A stretch of 64,000 bases of DNA from NCBI GenBank assembly GCA_021432655.1, contig MU271339.1:1-64000 (forward strand). The letters are read 5' to 3'. The position numbers and the translations under genes were made by a program. This document shows, one piece after another, positions 63,401 to 64,000 of the stretch. The notes beneath the pieces are model-generated. The model was given only the letters and a program-made list of their open reading frames with translations, was not told the origin of the DNA and did not search any database. Origin of the DNA: Atractiella rhizophila (Eukaryota). Each line of letters opens with the position of its first letter. The first letter of the stretch is position 1.

Positions 63401-64000
63401 TTAGCGTTTGCCTTAACTCTGAATAAAGCACAAGGACAATCTGTTGGACATGTGGGTTTGTACTTAGAGTCTTCTCCTTTCTCTCATGGGCAGCTTTATG
63501 TTGGTCTTGCACGGGTTTCAAATGTGAACAATTTATGAGTATTGGTCAAACAAAGCAAGGAGAGGAAACAAGCAAACAGATAATGTAGTTTACAAAGAAG
63601 TGTTACGAGTACTCAATCACTGATCATCTCTCAGCATGTTCCTAACAGTACAAGTGTATCAGCTGCCTTCGTCCCTCGGGCCTCCCAACCACTTGCAAGG
63701 GGCATGGCCCCTTGAACCCTACGGCGACTCATGTAAGGGTCCAGTATGAAACGCATTTTTTTACACCGTTCAGATAAAATTTCCTTGCCAGTTCAGAAAG
63801 GGGCAAGCATATGGGTTATGATGGCATAATTTATTTCATTCCATTGTCGATGGTGAGGGAGGTATGAGGGCTCAAAAGTGCGTCTTATGACTCATGCCAA
63901 AAAACCCAACGCTCTTAGAAGAATAGACAAGTGTGTGTGAATGGCCTTCGTCCCTCAGGCCCCCCAACCTACTCGCAAGGGGCATGGCCCCTTGAACCCT
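60500..64000 (+). mobile_element. Decayed Helitron (Rep/PIF1 helicase pseudogene plus GC-hairpin 3' repeats)
   Basis: FREHIRVFNNAFAFTS, AHINTE..SIKYVFKYVYKG, DEIKEYLD, IGRIYYIAPSQRELFYLRLLL..SFEDIRT, FFLDGLGGT*KTF, AVASS..LLEGG, WDEA, GVPIILLQNLNPSAGLCNGT, NKAQGQS, FSHGQLYV, NVVYKEVL. Hairpin CAAGGGGCATGGCCCCTTG twice at the end. Confidence 0.93.

Noticed and set aside
44875..63905. Giant mirror structure (Helitron-end repeat, TATA, MITE ... MITE, TATA, Helitron-end repeat) as one inverted duplication
   Set aside because: The sequences between the shared repeats are not homologous (different MITE flanks, different genes); the symmetry comes from dispersed repeats.

Overview
The window is the left end of a fungal chromosome, most likely a basidiomycete (short GT-AG introns, a FunK1 kinase, Plavaka transposon). 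A (CCCTAA)15 telomere at 1-95 is followed within about 145 bp by a three-exon, strongly diverged PacC/Rim101-type C2H2 zinc-finger gene that the ORF track splits into pieces. The other 62 kb is mostly a subtelomeric mosaic of mobile DNA. It holds four hAT transposons, a CACTA/EnSpm (Transposase_21-like) element with intact ends and an ambiguous 7-bp or 3-bp TSD, a Tc1/IS630-like relic, two Ty3/Gypsy relics, and a DIRS/Ngaro-like element whose broken end forms a 654-bp-arm fold-back palindrome. It also holds a Plavaka element with a promoter-deleting internal duplication, two copies of a hAT MITE and a decayed Helitron. Other probable host or cargo genes are a fungal-type protein kinase (FunK1), an intron-rich orphan gene next to a Helitron-end repeat, and an F-box/LRR-like fragment. 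All family calls come from motif recognition by eye; no searches were run.
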